A stretch of DNA of 64,000 bases, taken from the NCBI GenBank assembly GCA_963716985.1, contig OY970323.1, positions 1,344,001 through 1,408,000 of the forward strand. The letters are read 5' to 3'. This DNA is from an uncultured bacterium. Lineage in GTDB: Bacteria > Chlamydiota > Chlamydiia > Chlamydiales > SM23-39. The position numbers and the translations under genes are program-made. The notes beneath the pieces are model-generated. The model did no database searches. It worked only from the letters and a program-made list of their open reading frames with translations, and had not been told where the DNA came from. Positions 48,529 through 57,143 of this stretch are shown here, one piece after another. Position 1 is the first letter of the stretch. The number at the start of each line of letters is the position of its first letter.

Positions 48529-48793
48529 CTGGAGTTTGGACTAATTTCTGGGACCAGGAGGCGCAGAAATCAGTCTAAATTAAACGTCATCTCCTATGAT
48601 TAACCTGCAGAACAAGAGCAACAAAGGATGTTGCAGTCGAATTATCTGGGGGTTTGAGATTTTTGGACAATTTTCTCAAACCCCCGAATAAATCAAGCAA
48701 TATGGTTTTCCGACAGAAATCGCTATAGAGCACAAATCAAGATTTGAACTGATTTTGTACCAGATTCAGACGCGAAATTAGTCCAAACTCCAG
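48529..48793 (+). mobile_element. 265-bp MITE, copy 3
   Basis: 20-bp TIRs; TSD TGATAA at 48523-48528 and 48794-48799. Confidence 0.95.
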
Positions 48794-48864
48794 TGATAAA
48801 CTATTCCCAATAAATGGAGATTTTTTCATGAACCTTTCGCTTTTCTCACCCAAGAACCCCAGAC

Positions 48865-49740
48865 TTGATTCCTCAACATGCTTTTTATAAACTGCCCCTA
48901 GTTCAAAAAGTTTGGACTCCTCCCGCTTTGCAAAGTCATGATTTCTTCAAATGGACCTATCGCATCACCTGCATTGGTTTGATTGCACTCTCCTTCCTCG
49001 TTGACGTCTCGACAGGCAATCTTTATCGACTGACCATCGGAAACTGGATAATCCATTCTCAAAATGGGGAAAATCAAAAGAAATTCCTCCAAGCCAAAAA
49101 AGAGGTCACAAGAAATCGACGGATCACATTGGGAGCTCTTGCCATCGGAGCTGCAGCTTTGGCAGCCATTTATTTAGGAAGAAGATACTCCTTCACACTC
49201 CACTCAGATTTGCCTTCTTTCCTAGCAGGAAAAGTGCCTACAATTCCTCTACACAAAACCAGCATTGCAGTAAACGGTCTCTCCGGATCAAATTCTTTCT
49301 ATTGGATCGCAAGACTCGGTATAATCGGAGCCATTTGCGGGTGCGCAATCGGTGCGTTTGCAAATAGCGCACGCGTTAGGATCCCAGAACATAAGGCTGC
49401 TGCGCCAGTAACTACAGAAGCTGATGGCGAACAATTTTCGTTCTGTATTAAAACGCTTTCAGGAAACAATTTCATAGTGAAGGTCAATAAAGATGCAACA
49501 GTTCTTGAATTAAAGAAAGCGATTCTACCCTCCCTGCATTCCTCTGAAACACTTGAATCCATGCGGCTAATATTTGCTGGCAAAATATTAGAAGATAGAC
49601 AGCCTCTTTCTGAAGAGATGGCGAAACTAGAAGCGATTTACCTAATCACTAAAGAGAATCTCCCTGATCCCACTAGTAGTTGGCTTCCCAAGTGGCTACA
49701 AACAAAAAGCTTTTTCCCATGGTCAAACTCCCCTCGATAA
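48865..49740 (+). CDS. Membrane protein with a C-terminal eukaryote-like ubiquitin domain (5' end possibly frameshifted)
   Basis: Three hydrophobic segments; IKTLSG...TVLELKKAI...MRLIFAGKILED resembles ubiquitin VKTLTG...QRLIFAGKQLED. Confidence 0.75.
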   Translation: MIPQHAFYKLPLVQKVWTPPALQSHDFFKWTYRITCIGLIALSFLVDVSTGNLYRLTIGNWIIHSQNGENQKKFLQAKKEVTRNRRITLGALAIGAAALAAIYLGRRYSFTLHSDLPSFLAGKVPTIPLHKTSIAVNGLSGSNSFYWIARLGIIGAICGCAIGAFANSARVRIPEHKAAAPVTTEADGEQFSFCIKTLSGNNFIVKVNKDATVLELKKAILPSLHSSETLESMRLIFAGKILEDRQPLSEEMAKLEAIYLITKENLPDPTSSWLPKWLQTKSFFPWSNSPR

Positions 49741-49824
49741 TCAACACCGAGCATCAATTCAAGAGAGGCTTTGAGATCTCCGAAACCATCTCGAAATTCT
49801 AAAGAGGATGGGCCTCGAAAAAAC

Positions 49825-50934
49825 TCAAAATTCAAATGTGAGTCCGCCAGATACACCACTCAAAGTCAAGTCCTGTGTTGCCAGTTCGTTGGTAAGGTTT
49901 GCTCTTAGCGGAGTTAGCGCTTCCATATGCCACCAATAATTGGTTTCCCATACCGCATAGAGAGAAATAGCTTTTTTGCAATGATCAAACCACCACTTCA
50001 TATCGGCACCGATCAGAGCCTGCACGTTGGTTTTAAGCGCATGCGATCGATCGCGGGTTTCTACAAATACCGAGCCAAGAGTTCCGAGATAGTCCAGATT
50101 GGTTTTCATATGAATGCTTCCATATAAAAGCGAAGCGGAAAACCCCCCAAAGAAACGCAACCCGGTTTTCCCAAAATGACAAGCGATATCGAGTCCCAAA
50201 CGAGGGCCAAACCCGCTCCAGTCGGTGGCTTGACGGTAGGTTCCGTTGAACACACCGGCCGGAAGAATAGAATCTCCGGTGTATGTATTCCTCTGGTTTT
50301 GTTCGATCCATGCTGCGCGCGCGCTAAAATAGGGTTTTAAGCAAAGATTTTGTAGCAGTTGAAAGCTACTGGAAAACTGCAAGTCGCCTACGTTATAATT
50401 GATTTTCGAAACAGATTTTGCTCCTGTTCCTCCCAGGAAAATATTTCCTGCCAAACCATTATCTGCCCGATGGTTCGATACAGACCTATTATGATAATAA
50501 GTCCAAATTCCCGAAATATTCCAATTATAGGCCGTTGCGTATCCCAGTTCTAGGCGCGCTCCGGGTTTCCACTTAGCTTTTCCTCGGATAGTTTTAATTC
50601 CTGATGTCTGTCCACCGAGACTCCCGGGAGCGATGAGCTGCTGTCTGCTGTCCAGCGCGTAGCCATAGATCCAACGGTCTCCTTCTGCTCTCCAATAGAG
50701 GAGTTCCAAATTCACAAAACCGTTGATCGAATTTTTTGAAACCACCAACTTTTCTACATCAATGTTCATCATCTGGCTTTCAGAACGCTCTACTTTATTT
50801 GATTTAGGCAACTCGATTGCACCTGTTTTCTCTGGCATGGCAAAGGAAACCATTTCTTCTTTGTTCTCGGAAGAAAAGAGGGCAGTAGACATACAGATGG
50901 CTGCCGCAGGCAAAAATAAAACGTTAAACCGCAT
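49825..50934 (-). CDS. Lpg1974/MOMP-like porin (paralog C)
   Basis: LLYWRA, WKPGAR, GFGPRLG, WETNYWW, terminal FEF; GGAG RBS. Confidence 0.8.
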   Translation of the reverse strand: MRFNVLFLPAAAICMSTALFSSENKEEMVSFAMPEKTGAIELPKSNKVERSESQMMNIDVEKLVVSKNSINGFVNLELLYWRAEGDRWIYGYALDSRQQLIAPGSLGGQTSGIKTIRGKAKWKPGARLELGYATAYNWNISGIWTYYHNRSVSNHRADNGLAGNIFLGGTGAKSVSKINYNVGDLQFSSSFQLLQNLCLKPYFSARAAWIEQNQRNTYTGDSILPAGVFNGTYRQATDWSGFGPRLGLDIACHFGKTGLRFFGGFSASLLYGSIHMKTNLDYLGTLGSVFVETRDRSHALKTNVQALIGADMKWWFDHCKKAISLYAVWETNYWWHMEALTPLRANLTNELATQDLTLSGVSGGLTFEF

Positions 50935-51093
50935 AACGGACTCCTGGATTTTTTCCTCAATCGTTTTTTTACATTTTATTTTTTTAATACGAAATAATTT
51001 ATTAATTCGCAATAACATTAAAATATTTGCTGTAAGATAATTTTATTTTAATGTACGCGTTCACGGGGGGTAGTGGGGGATGGGGTTAAAATC

Positions 51094-51233
51094 TCATCCC
51101 ATAGAAGAAAGCTCTCGAACTAGCCAATAACTCCAAGATCCGCTTTCGAGGGACATTTTTTGAATTGAGAATCCTGCGGTTTTTAAAGCCTTATCGATAC
51201 TTTGAGGGTCCGTTTTCACGGAAGCTTCAAAAA
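51094..51233 (-). pseudogene. Possible 3' remnant of an unknown gene cut by IS3
   Basis: Open frame FEASVKTDPQSIDKALKTAGFSIQK...SSMG-stop begins at the IS3 left end. Confidence 0.4.
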
Positions 51234-51299
51234 TATAATGGTCCCAGAAATTTAGACACAGGTCTAAGCTTATAACCTCTTAAAAAAAAGAGGTCAAAA

Positions 51300-51584
51300 A
51301 TGAGAAAAAAACATTCTCCTGAATTCAAGCTCAAAGCTGTGCTTGAGGTATTGAAAGGAGAAAAAACGGCTACACAATTATCAGGTGAACTCGGGGTTCA
51401 CCCGATGGCTCTTTCAGATTGGAAAAAGCACTTTCTAGATACGGGAGCGCAGGTTTTTGAAAAACAAAAAAAAGCTTCCAAGATGAATGGAGAGGTGAAA
51501 GAAAAGGCAGAGTTATTCGAACAGATAGGACGACTCAAAATGGAAGTCGAATGGCTTAAAAAAAAATTGGATTGCTTAGCCTAG
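51300..51584 (+). CDS. IS3 OrfA (HTH)
   Basis: RKKHSPEFKLKAVL...LFEQIGRLKMEVEWLKKK; A9 run at the orfA/orfB junction (-1 frameshift site). Confidence 0.9.
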   Translation: MRKKHSPEFKLKAVLEVLKGEKTATQLSGELGVHPMALSDWKKHFLDTGAQVFEKQKKASKMNGEVKEKAELFEQIGRLKMEVEWLKKKLDCLA

Positions 51585-52325
51585 CAAAGCGACGGGCCCT
51601 CATTGATCCAGGAGATGCAAAATTATCTCTGGAAAGACAATGTGGGCTCCTCGGGGTAAGCAGGCCTGGATGGTATTATGAACCAAGAAAACCAAATGTT
51701 GAAGATCTATTGCTCATGCGCGCGATCGATGAAGAATATCTCAAGCATCCTTTCTATGGAAGGAGACGGATGACCATAGCAATGAGAACTCAAGGATTTT
51801 TTGTCGGACAAAAAAGGGTCAGGACTGCGATGCAGACCATGGGATTGGAAGCAATTTATCCTAAACCAAATCTAAGTGCAGCGAATCAGGAACATGAGAA
51901 ATTTGTTGCGCGATCTGACTATCGATCATTCCGATCAGGCCTGGGCTGATGATATCACCTATATTCCCCTGACAATAGGCTTTGGGTATCTTTTTGCTAT
52001 TATTGATTGGCACAGCCGCTATGTGGTCGCTTGGGAACTATCGAATTTGCTCGATACTGATTTTTGCATGGAGGCATTGGACAGAGGGCTCTCCAAAAAA
52101 GAGCCTGAGATTTTCAATACGGATCAGGGGGTTCAATTTACAAGTCGACAATTTACCGAGAGGCTATGGAGAAGTGTAAAATATGAAGACATTTACCCCA
52201 AAGGATATGAAAATTTAAATGAAGTCCGACAAGGGCTTAGAATGTATTTCGAATTTTATAACGAGAAACGGCCTCATCAAGGGCTCGAGTATCGAACACC
52301 GGCAGAGGTTTATTTTGAAAAATAG
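51572..52325 (+). pseudogene. IS3 OrfB DDE transposase, frameshifted and internally deleted
   Basis: HPFYGRRRM, WADDITY, NTDQG, ERLWRSVKYE; frame break near 51903; the segment normally between FTS..F and ERLW (SMDGKGRA.DN-type) is missing. Confidence 0.85.
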
Positions 52326-52409
52326 ACTCGATTTTCGCCGCGCGCGTTCCCCCCATGGGGGGATCTGGTTTTCTTCCTTCGGGAGGTAAAGCAGTGTTAT
52401 GCTCTGGAC

Positions 52410-53794
52410 CTGATCCTTACACACAAGTCTAAAATTTAGTATACTGTTCCTTTTTTAAAAGGAGCGGTATCATGAAAGAACAATGGATTTATGAACAATT
52501 TTCTACTATCGATGTAGGAGATGCCCGCCTGCAAAAGAGGGCCGTTGACGTTGCTATAGGTTGCGCAGAACATCCTGAAGAGTCCCTGGCAGGACGCTTT
52601 GATAAATGGGCAGATCTCCAGGGAACTTACCGCTTTTTTAATAATCCTAAAATTACACATCAGGCGCTTCAACAACCCCATTACGATCAAGTCTTAGAAA
52701 AGGCGCGCTGGTCGGAACAGCTTGTTCTATTTATTCAAGATGGTTCAGAGCTTTTGTTCAATTCCCATCCATGGACACATGGACTTGGACCAACCGCGGA
52801 CAGTAACGGAAATGGACTCATGTTTCACTCATGCCTGGTCGCCAAATATCATGAATCTGAAGAAACCGAAATTTTGGGACTTGGTTACCAGGAGGCTTGG
52901 GTGCGTCCCGAAGAAAAATCGGCGAGTGATTCGAAAGAATCTGAGGTGTGGCTGAGGACGTTAGAGAAAATGGGACGTCCCCAGGAGAACTGGGTGAGCG
53001 TTGGCGATCGCGCCAATGATATTTATGATTTTTTGAATAATGCAAATAGGCTGGGGTGGAAATGTGTAGTGCGGGCGCGACATGATCGCAAAGTCGAGAT
53101 TGATGGCGAGAAGACACGTCTTTTTTCATGGATTCGTCAACAGACAGCCAAGTGTACATCCACGCTGTATGTGAAAGCAAAAGGCGAAGAATTTGGTGGT
53201 GAAGTGACACTGGAAATAACTTGGGTCAAAGCGAAATTGTTTCCTCCAGGAAATGGGGGTTCAGCAGGTGAAGAAGTGACGTATATTCGAGTGTGGTGTC
53301 CCGATAGGCCCAGGTTAGAATGGCTATTGGTTACGAATCTTCCTGTCAACAATCAAGAAGACTCCCTAAGAATCGTCAGAATCTACCGCCGACGCTGGCT
53401 TATAGAGGATTATCATAAGGCGGTCAAAACGGGCTTTCGAATCGAAGATAATCAGCTTAAACAGGCGAGCCGAATTCTTGCACTATTTGGAATGATTGGG
53501 GTGATAGCGACGCAACTTTTATCGATGAGAGAACAATGTCGGTTGTCTCCGGAAACACCGGTCGAGGAAAAAGTGCCCAAGCCTTGGATTACGCTCATAG
53601 AAAGGCATCTGATGGTGAAATTGAAAACGGTGAAAGATTTCTGGCGTTCTCTGGCTCGTATGGGGGGTTTTATAGGGCGCAAATCAGATGGGGAGCCTGG
53701 GTGGCAAACAATTTGGAAGGGTTATAAACGATTGCAAGACATGTTAATGGGAGCGCTTTTAGGTTGTGGATGTTGACTTGTGTATAAGGATCAG
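52410..53794 (+). mobile_element. IS4-family IS50/Tn5-like insertion sequence
   Basis: 19-bp ends CTGATCCTTA(C/T)ACACAAGT; 9-bp TSD GCTCTGGAC at 52401-52409 and 53795-53803. Confidence 0.95.
52472..53776 (+). CDS. Tn5-like IS4-family transposase
   Basis: GDARLQKR, YRFF, IQDGS, VGDRAND, YREK motif YRRRWLIEDYHKAVK, LARMGGF...DGEPGWQTIWKG. Confidence 0.95.
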   Translation: MKEQWIYEQFSTIDVGDARLQKRAVDVAIGCAEHPEESLAGRFDKWADLQGTYRFFNNPKITHQALQQPHYDQVLEKARWSEQLVLFIQDGSELLFNSHPWTHGLGPTADSNGNGLMFHSCLVAKYHESEETEILGLGYQEAWVRPEEKSASDSKESEVWLRTLEKMGRPQENWVSVGDRANDIYDFLNNANRLGWKCVVRARHDRKVEIDGEKTRLFSWIRQQTAKCTSTLYVKAKGEEFGGEVTLEITWVKAKLFPPGNGGSAGEEVTYIRVWCPDRPRLEWLLVTNLPVNNQEDSLRIVRIYRRRWLIEDYHKAVKTGFRIEDNQLKQASRILALFGMIGVIATQLLSMREQCRLSPETPVEEKVPKPWITLIERHLMVKLKTVKDFWRSLARMGGFIGRKSDGEPGWQTIWKGYKRLQDMLMGALLGCGC

Positions 53795-53900
53795 GCTCTG
53801 GACTTTCGGTAAAGGTCAGAGAGCCCTCAAAGGAATCTTTAGCAATGCGAAGTTATAAGCTTAGATTTTATGATTTTTTGTCTTGACGCTTGGGACCACC

Positions 53901-54092
53901 TTAGAGGAAAATTTTCGCTTTTTGTAATGAGTTCAGTTCTTTAAAACATTCTTTTGCGATCTTTTTAACCAAAGGGGTCCTGACACCATAAAATCGCACC
54001 TCATTTTTAAAAAATCGCTGAAAGGTTTCTTTGGACTTTTCATCGGCGCTTGAGAGAAGTTTTTCTATGATTTTTTTTATAATGGAATGCAT
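53901..54092 (-). pseudogene. 5' fragment of a DNA alkylation repair (AlkD-like) protein truncated by IS3
   Basis: QRFFK...FYGVRTPLVKKIAK N-terminal motif; the stop TAA is supplied by the IS terminus. Confidence 0.7.
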
Positions 54093-54462
54093 AGCGAGAT
54101 GGCTCCAAGTTTGCGAGAAGAGATCCTCAAAATGTTTCTGATTTTGCCTAAGAATCAATTTTTTTCCTTCAACTTTCTTTAAGGATCCTTTTTCGATGTG
54201 TCTCTTCAATGATCTGGGAAAATATTACTTTTGCGGACAATCGCCAAATGTTTCTGGTTTTTGCCACCAAGTGTGGCACTGCTTTTGCCAAAGTGCATAG
54301 CGCTTTTAAGATGCTTATTTTTTTTAAGACAGAGCACCTGTTTTTTCTCCCTTTGCAACTATCAATATATTTTGCAAACCTTTGATAAACCCTCACAAAC
54401 AAATCATAACACGTTTTCCATCAAATACTTAAAAAGATTAACGCAAAAGAATTTATTTTCAA

Positions 54463-54492
54463 TTGCATTATTTGTAGCCAACTAGCTACAAT
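54463..54492 (+). promoter_or_regulatory. Promoter/operator of TA module 3
   Basis: TTGCAT-18 bp-TACAAT; inverted repeat TTGTAGC-N6-GCTACAA (54472-54491) overlaps the -10. Confidence 0.7.
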
Positions 54493-54513
54493 GAAAAAAG
54501 AAAGGGAATACTC

Positions 54514-54849
54514 ATGTTCGAAATCGAAATTTATAAAGCAGCTACAGGAAAAGAACCTTATATCGATTGGGAAAAAAGTTTAGATAAAACTACATCAGTC
54601 AGAGTAGATGCAAGACTTACTAGGATTAGAGAAACAGGAAATCTGGGAATCTATGAGTCTGTAGGAAATGGCGTTTTCGAACTAAAACTTGATTTTGGAG
54701 CTGGGTACAGAATTTATTTTGGATTTAAAACAAACAGATCTTTGCTTTTGCTTTTCGGAGGCAGCAAAAAATCACAACAAAAAGACATCAATAAAGCGAA
54801 AGAATATTGGGAAGAGCACCTTTCGCTAACTAAGACGAGGCAAAAATGA
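54514..54849 (+). CDS. RelE/HigB-family addiction module toxin
   Basis: GKEPY..W, GNLG..ESVGNGVFELKLDFGAGYRIYF, GGSKKSQQKDI. Confidence 0.9.
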   Translation: MFEIEIYKAATGKEPYIDWEKSLDKTTSVRVDARLTRIRETGNLGIYESVGNGVFELKLDFGAGYRIYFGFKTNRSLLLLFGGSKKSQQKDINKAKEYWEEHLSLTKTRQK

Positions 54850-55151
54850 GAAAATATAAAGATTACAAAGTTCATTTAATAGAAAAATTGAAGGACGCAG
54901 AATATGCATCTGCTTACTTAAATGCATGTTTAGAAGAAAGCTTTGAAAATAAAGATATGGGAATCTTTCAACTTGCTGTTCGTGATGTCGTCGAAGCTCA
55001 TGGAGGAATGTCCCTTATCTCATCAAAAATGAAAGTGAGTCGAGAGAGTTTTTATAGAAGTTTATCCCAGAAAGGAAAAGCAAGATTTGCAACACTTATC
55101 AATGCAATCAAAGCTTGTGGTTTAAAACTGGAATTTCACCCTGCCTATTGA
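54846..55151 (+). CDS. Addiction module antidote protein (HTH)
   Basis: ASAYLNACLE, VVEAHGGMS, RESFYRSLS..G; ATGA overlap with toxin. Confidence 0.9.
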   Translation: MRKYKDYKVHLIEKLKDAEYASAYLNACLEESFENKDMGIFQLAVRDVVEAHGGMSLISSKMKVSRESFYRSLSQKGKARFATLINAIKACGLKLEFHPAY

Positions 55152-55277
55152 CATCTACTTTCGGATACCATCAATGCGAAATGTATTCCTAATTTTCAGA
55201 GAGAGCTCGCTTTCTTTTTTGCAATTTTGTTGTTGTCAAATGTTGTGGGAAAATGTGCCAAGAGTGTGCCACAAACG

Positions 55278-55313
55278 AAAAAGGCAGCCAGGGTTTTCAC
55301 TCTAACTGCCTCT
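55278..55313 (-). terminator. Intrinsic terminator of tRNA-Asn
   Basis: Minus strand AGGCAGTTAGAG-tgaaaa-CCCTGGCTGCCT-TTTT. Confidence 0.7.
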
Positions 55314-55322
55314 TAATCAGAA

Positions 55323-55394
55323 CTCCGGATGTAGGATTCGAACCTACGACCAATTGATTAACAGTCAACTGCTCTACCACTGAGCTAATCCGGA
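55323..55394 (-). tRNA. tRNA-Asn(GTT), CCA not encoded
   Basis: TCCGGAT acceptor stem, TAGCTCAGTGGTAGAGC D-arm, CTGTTAA anticodon loop, GGTTCGAATCC T-arm. Confidence 0.97.
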
Positions 55395-55440
55395 AAAACA
55401 TAAGGACTAATGGTAGCAGAACTTTCCTTTAAAAGTAAAG

Positions 55441-55614
55441 TTATTTTAGGAGAGTAAACTGGTCTTTGCCCACTCCGCATTCGGGGCAGACAAAATCCTC
55501 GGGAAGATCCTTAAAATCGATCCCGGCTTTTATCCCCTCGGTAGGAACACCGGTAGCAGGGTCATAGATCCAGCCGCAAATATTGCAAATATACCTATTT
55601 TTTTGGTTCATCAT
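55441..55614 (-). CDS. Rubredoxin (57 aa; absent from the ORF track)
   Basis: MMNQKNRYICNICGWIYDPATGVPTEGIKAGIDFKDLPEDFVCPECGVGKDQFTLLK; two CxxCG knuckles; AAGGAG RBS at the fprA stop. Confidence 0.95.
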   Translation of the reverse strand: MMNQKNRYICNICGWIYDPATGVPTEGIKAGIDFKDLPEDFVCPECGVGKDQFTLLK

Positions 55615-55621
55615 GAGCTCC

Positions 55622-56800
55622 TTATCTTTTTACCTTTTCTGCTAAAGCCAGGCCAAGCCGTTCACATTCTTCAAGAATCTTTTGGGTCGATTTCCATTGA
55701 CTCTTGATCGGAGGAGCAAAAACCTCTAAACTAGCTGACTTGAAAAATTCTTCTATCTCTTCAACAGCACCTCTTCCCCAGCCAAAACTACCAAACGAAG
55801 CAACGAGCTTTTTTTGAGGCCTTAGGCCTTTCAAATAGGTCAATAGCATGCCCATAAAGGGCATCAACCCCTGATTTAAGTTGGAACAGCCTAAAATAAT
55901 CCCATGTGCATCTAGAACATCGGTAACGATATCGGTGATGTTCGTCGCGCGTATAAAAATTAGTTTGGCCTGCACTCCTTCAATAGACGCTCCCCGATGA
56001 ATCGCTACCGCCATCTCTTTTGTGCTCTCCCACATGGTATCGTAGATCACAAGAACTTTTTTCTGCGGCTTGAAAGAGGCCCACTCTTGATAAAGAGAGA
56101 CTATTTCCGAAAGAGAGGATCTCCAAACGATCCCATGAGAAGGAGCAACGATCCGAATCTCATATTTTTTGATCTTGTCGATCGCTTTTAAGATCTGCTG
56201 TCCAAAGGGCATGAGAATGTTGGCATAATATTTTTTCGCCTCGTCCATGACTGCGCATCCATCCACCTCGTCGTCGAAGCGAGAAGAGGAAGAAAAATGC
56301 TGTCCAAAAGCATCCATCGAAAAGAGAATTTTTTCTTCTTTGAGATAGGTAAACATCGATTCGGGCCAGTGGACCATCGGAGTTTCAATGAAGGAAAGCG
56401 TCTTTTTTCCCAAAGAGAGAGTATCCCCCTCCTTGACAATCTGAAACACCCACTTCGAAACATCGTGATAAAGGGAGAGTATCTCCTGACATTTTTTGGT
56501 GCAAACAACTTTTGCCTTTTTACATGCCGTCACGATGATGGGAAGAGAGCTTGCATGGTCGGGCTCCGCGTGATTTACGATGATGTAATCGATCTTTTCC
56601 GGAGAGGCGAAAGCGGAGATGTTGAATAAAAGCTCCTTGGCAAAGGTTGCTTTGACCGTATCGATCAAAGCAATCTTTTCATCGAATATGAGATAGGAAT
56701 TGTAGGTCACGCCACGCAGTGTGGTAAAACTATGAAAATCGCGCATCGACCAGTCAACAGACCCAACCCAATAAATATCTTTTACAATCGTTCTTTGCAT
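55622..56800 (-). CDS. fprA: Flavodiiron protein (A-type flavoprotein)
   Basis: TYNSYLI, NHAEPDH, VHWPES, SMDAFGQH, PSHG, flavodoxin YDTMWEST and FGSFGWG. Confidence 0.93.
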   Translation of the reverse strand: MQRTIVKDIYWVGSVDWSMRDFHSFTTLRGVTYNSYLIFDEKIALIDTVKATFAKELLFNISAFASPEKIDYIIVNHAEPDHASSLPIIVTACKKAKVVCTKKCQEILSLYHDVSKWVFQIVKEGDTLSLGKKTLSFIETPMVHWPESMFTYLKEEKILFSMDAFGQHFSSSSRFDDEVDGCAVMDEAKKYYANILMPFGQQILKAIDKIKKYEIRIVAPSHGIVWRSSLSEIVSLYQEWASFKPQKKVLVIYDTMWESTKEMAVAIHRGASIEGVQAKLIFIRATNITDIVTDVLDAHGIILGCSNLNQGLMPFMGMLLTYLKGLRPQKKLVASFGSFGWGRGAVEEIEEFFKSASLEVFAPPIKSQWKSTQKILEECERLGLALAEKVKR

Positions 56801-57143
56801 GCAACCACTCGTTTTCTTTTGACGATAGCAACTCAAGAAATATTTTTGACCTAAATTTTTTCAGTCCAAACAATCCGATCATTTTGGAGTAATGGGCGAT
56901 GATTTCCGGCATTTGCGAAGAGGCAGGCTTGGTTTTTCCACATCTGCCGAGGAACAAGATCGACTCAAAACAACACCTGCAAACCTCTTCGCAGCGGGAG
57001 GGTCTGCAGAAATGATGGATCGCGTTGCAGAAATTGCAAGAGAGCGGAAGAGGCCATTCTTCAGAAACTTTCCCGCAATTCTTAGAAATTCTTTGCCAAG
57101 ATCTGAAAGTATGCTAATTTTATTTGATCGAAAGAGCTTTTTT

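Larger units (their letters stand above)
51234..53903 (+). mobile_element. Degenerate IS3-family element with a nested IS4-family element
   Basis: Imperfect IRs TATAATGGTCCCA / TAAGGTGGTCCCA plus inner TCTAAGCTTATAAC; orfA/orfB organisation; no TSD seen. Confidence 0.85.

Noticed and set aside
48865..49740. Bacterial ubiquitin-conjugation (Bil/Bub-type) system
   Set aside because: No C-terminal Gly-Gly on the domain and no adjacent E1, E2 or JAB genes.
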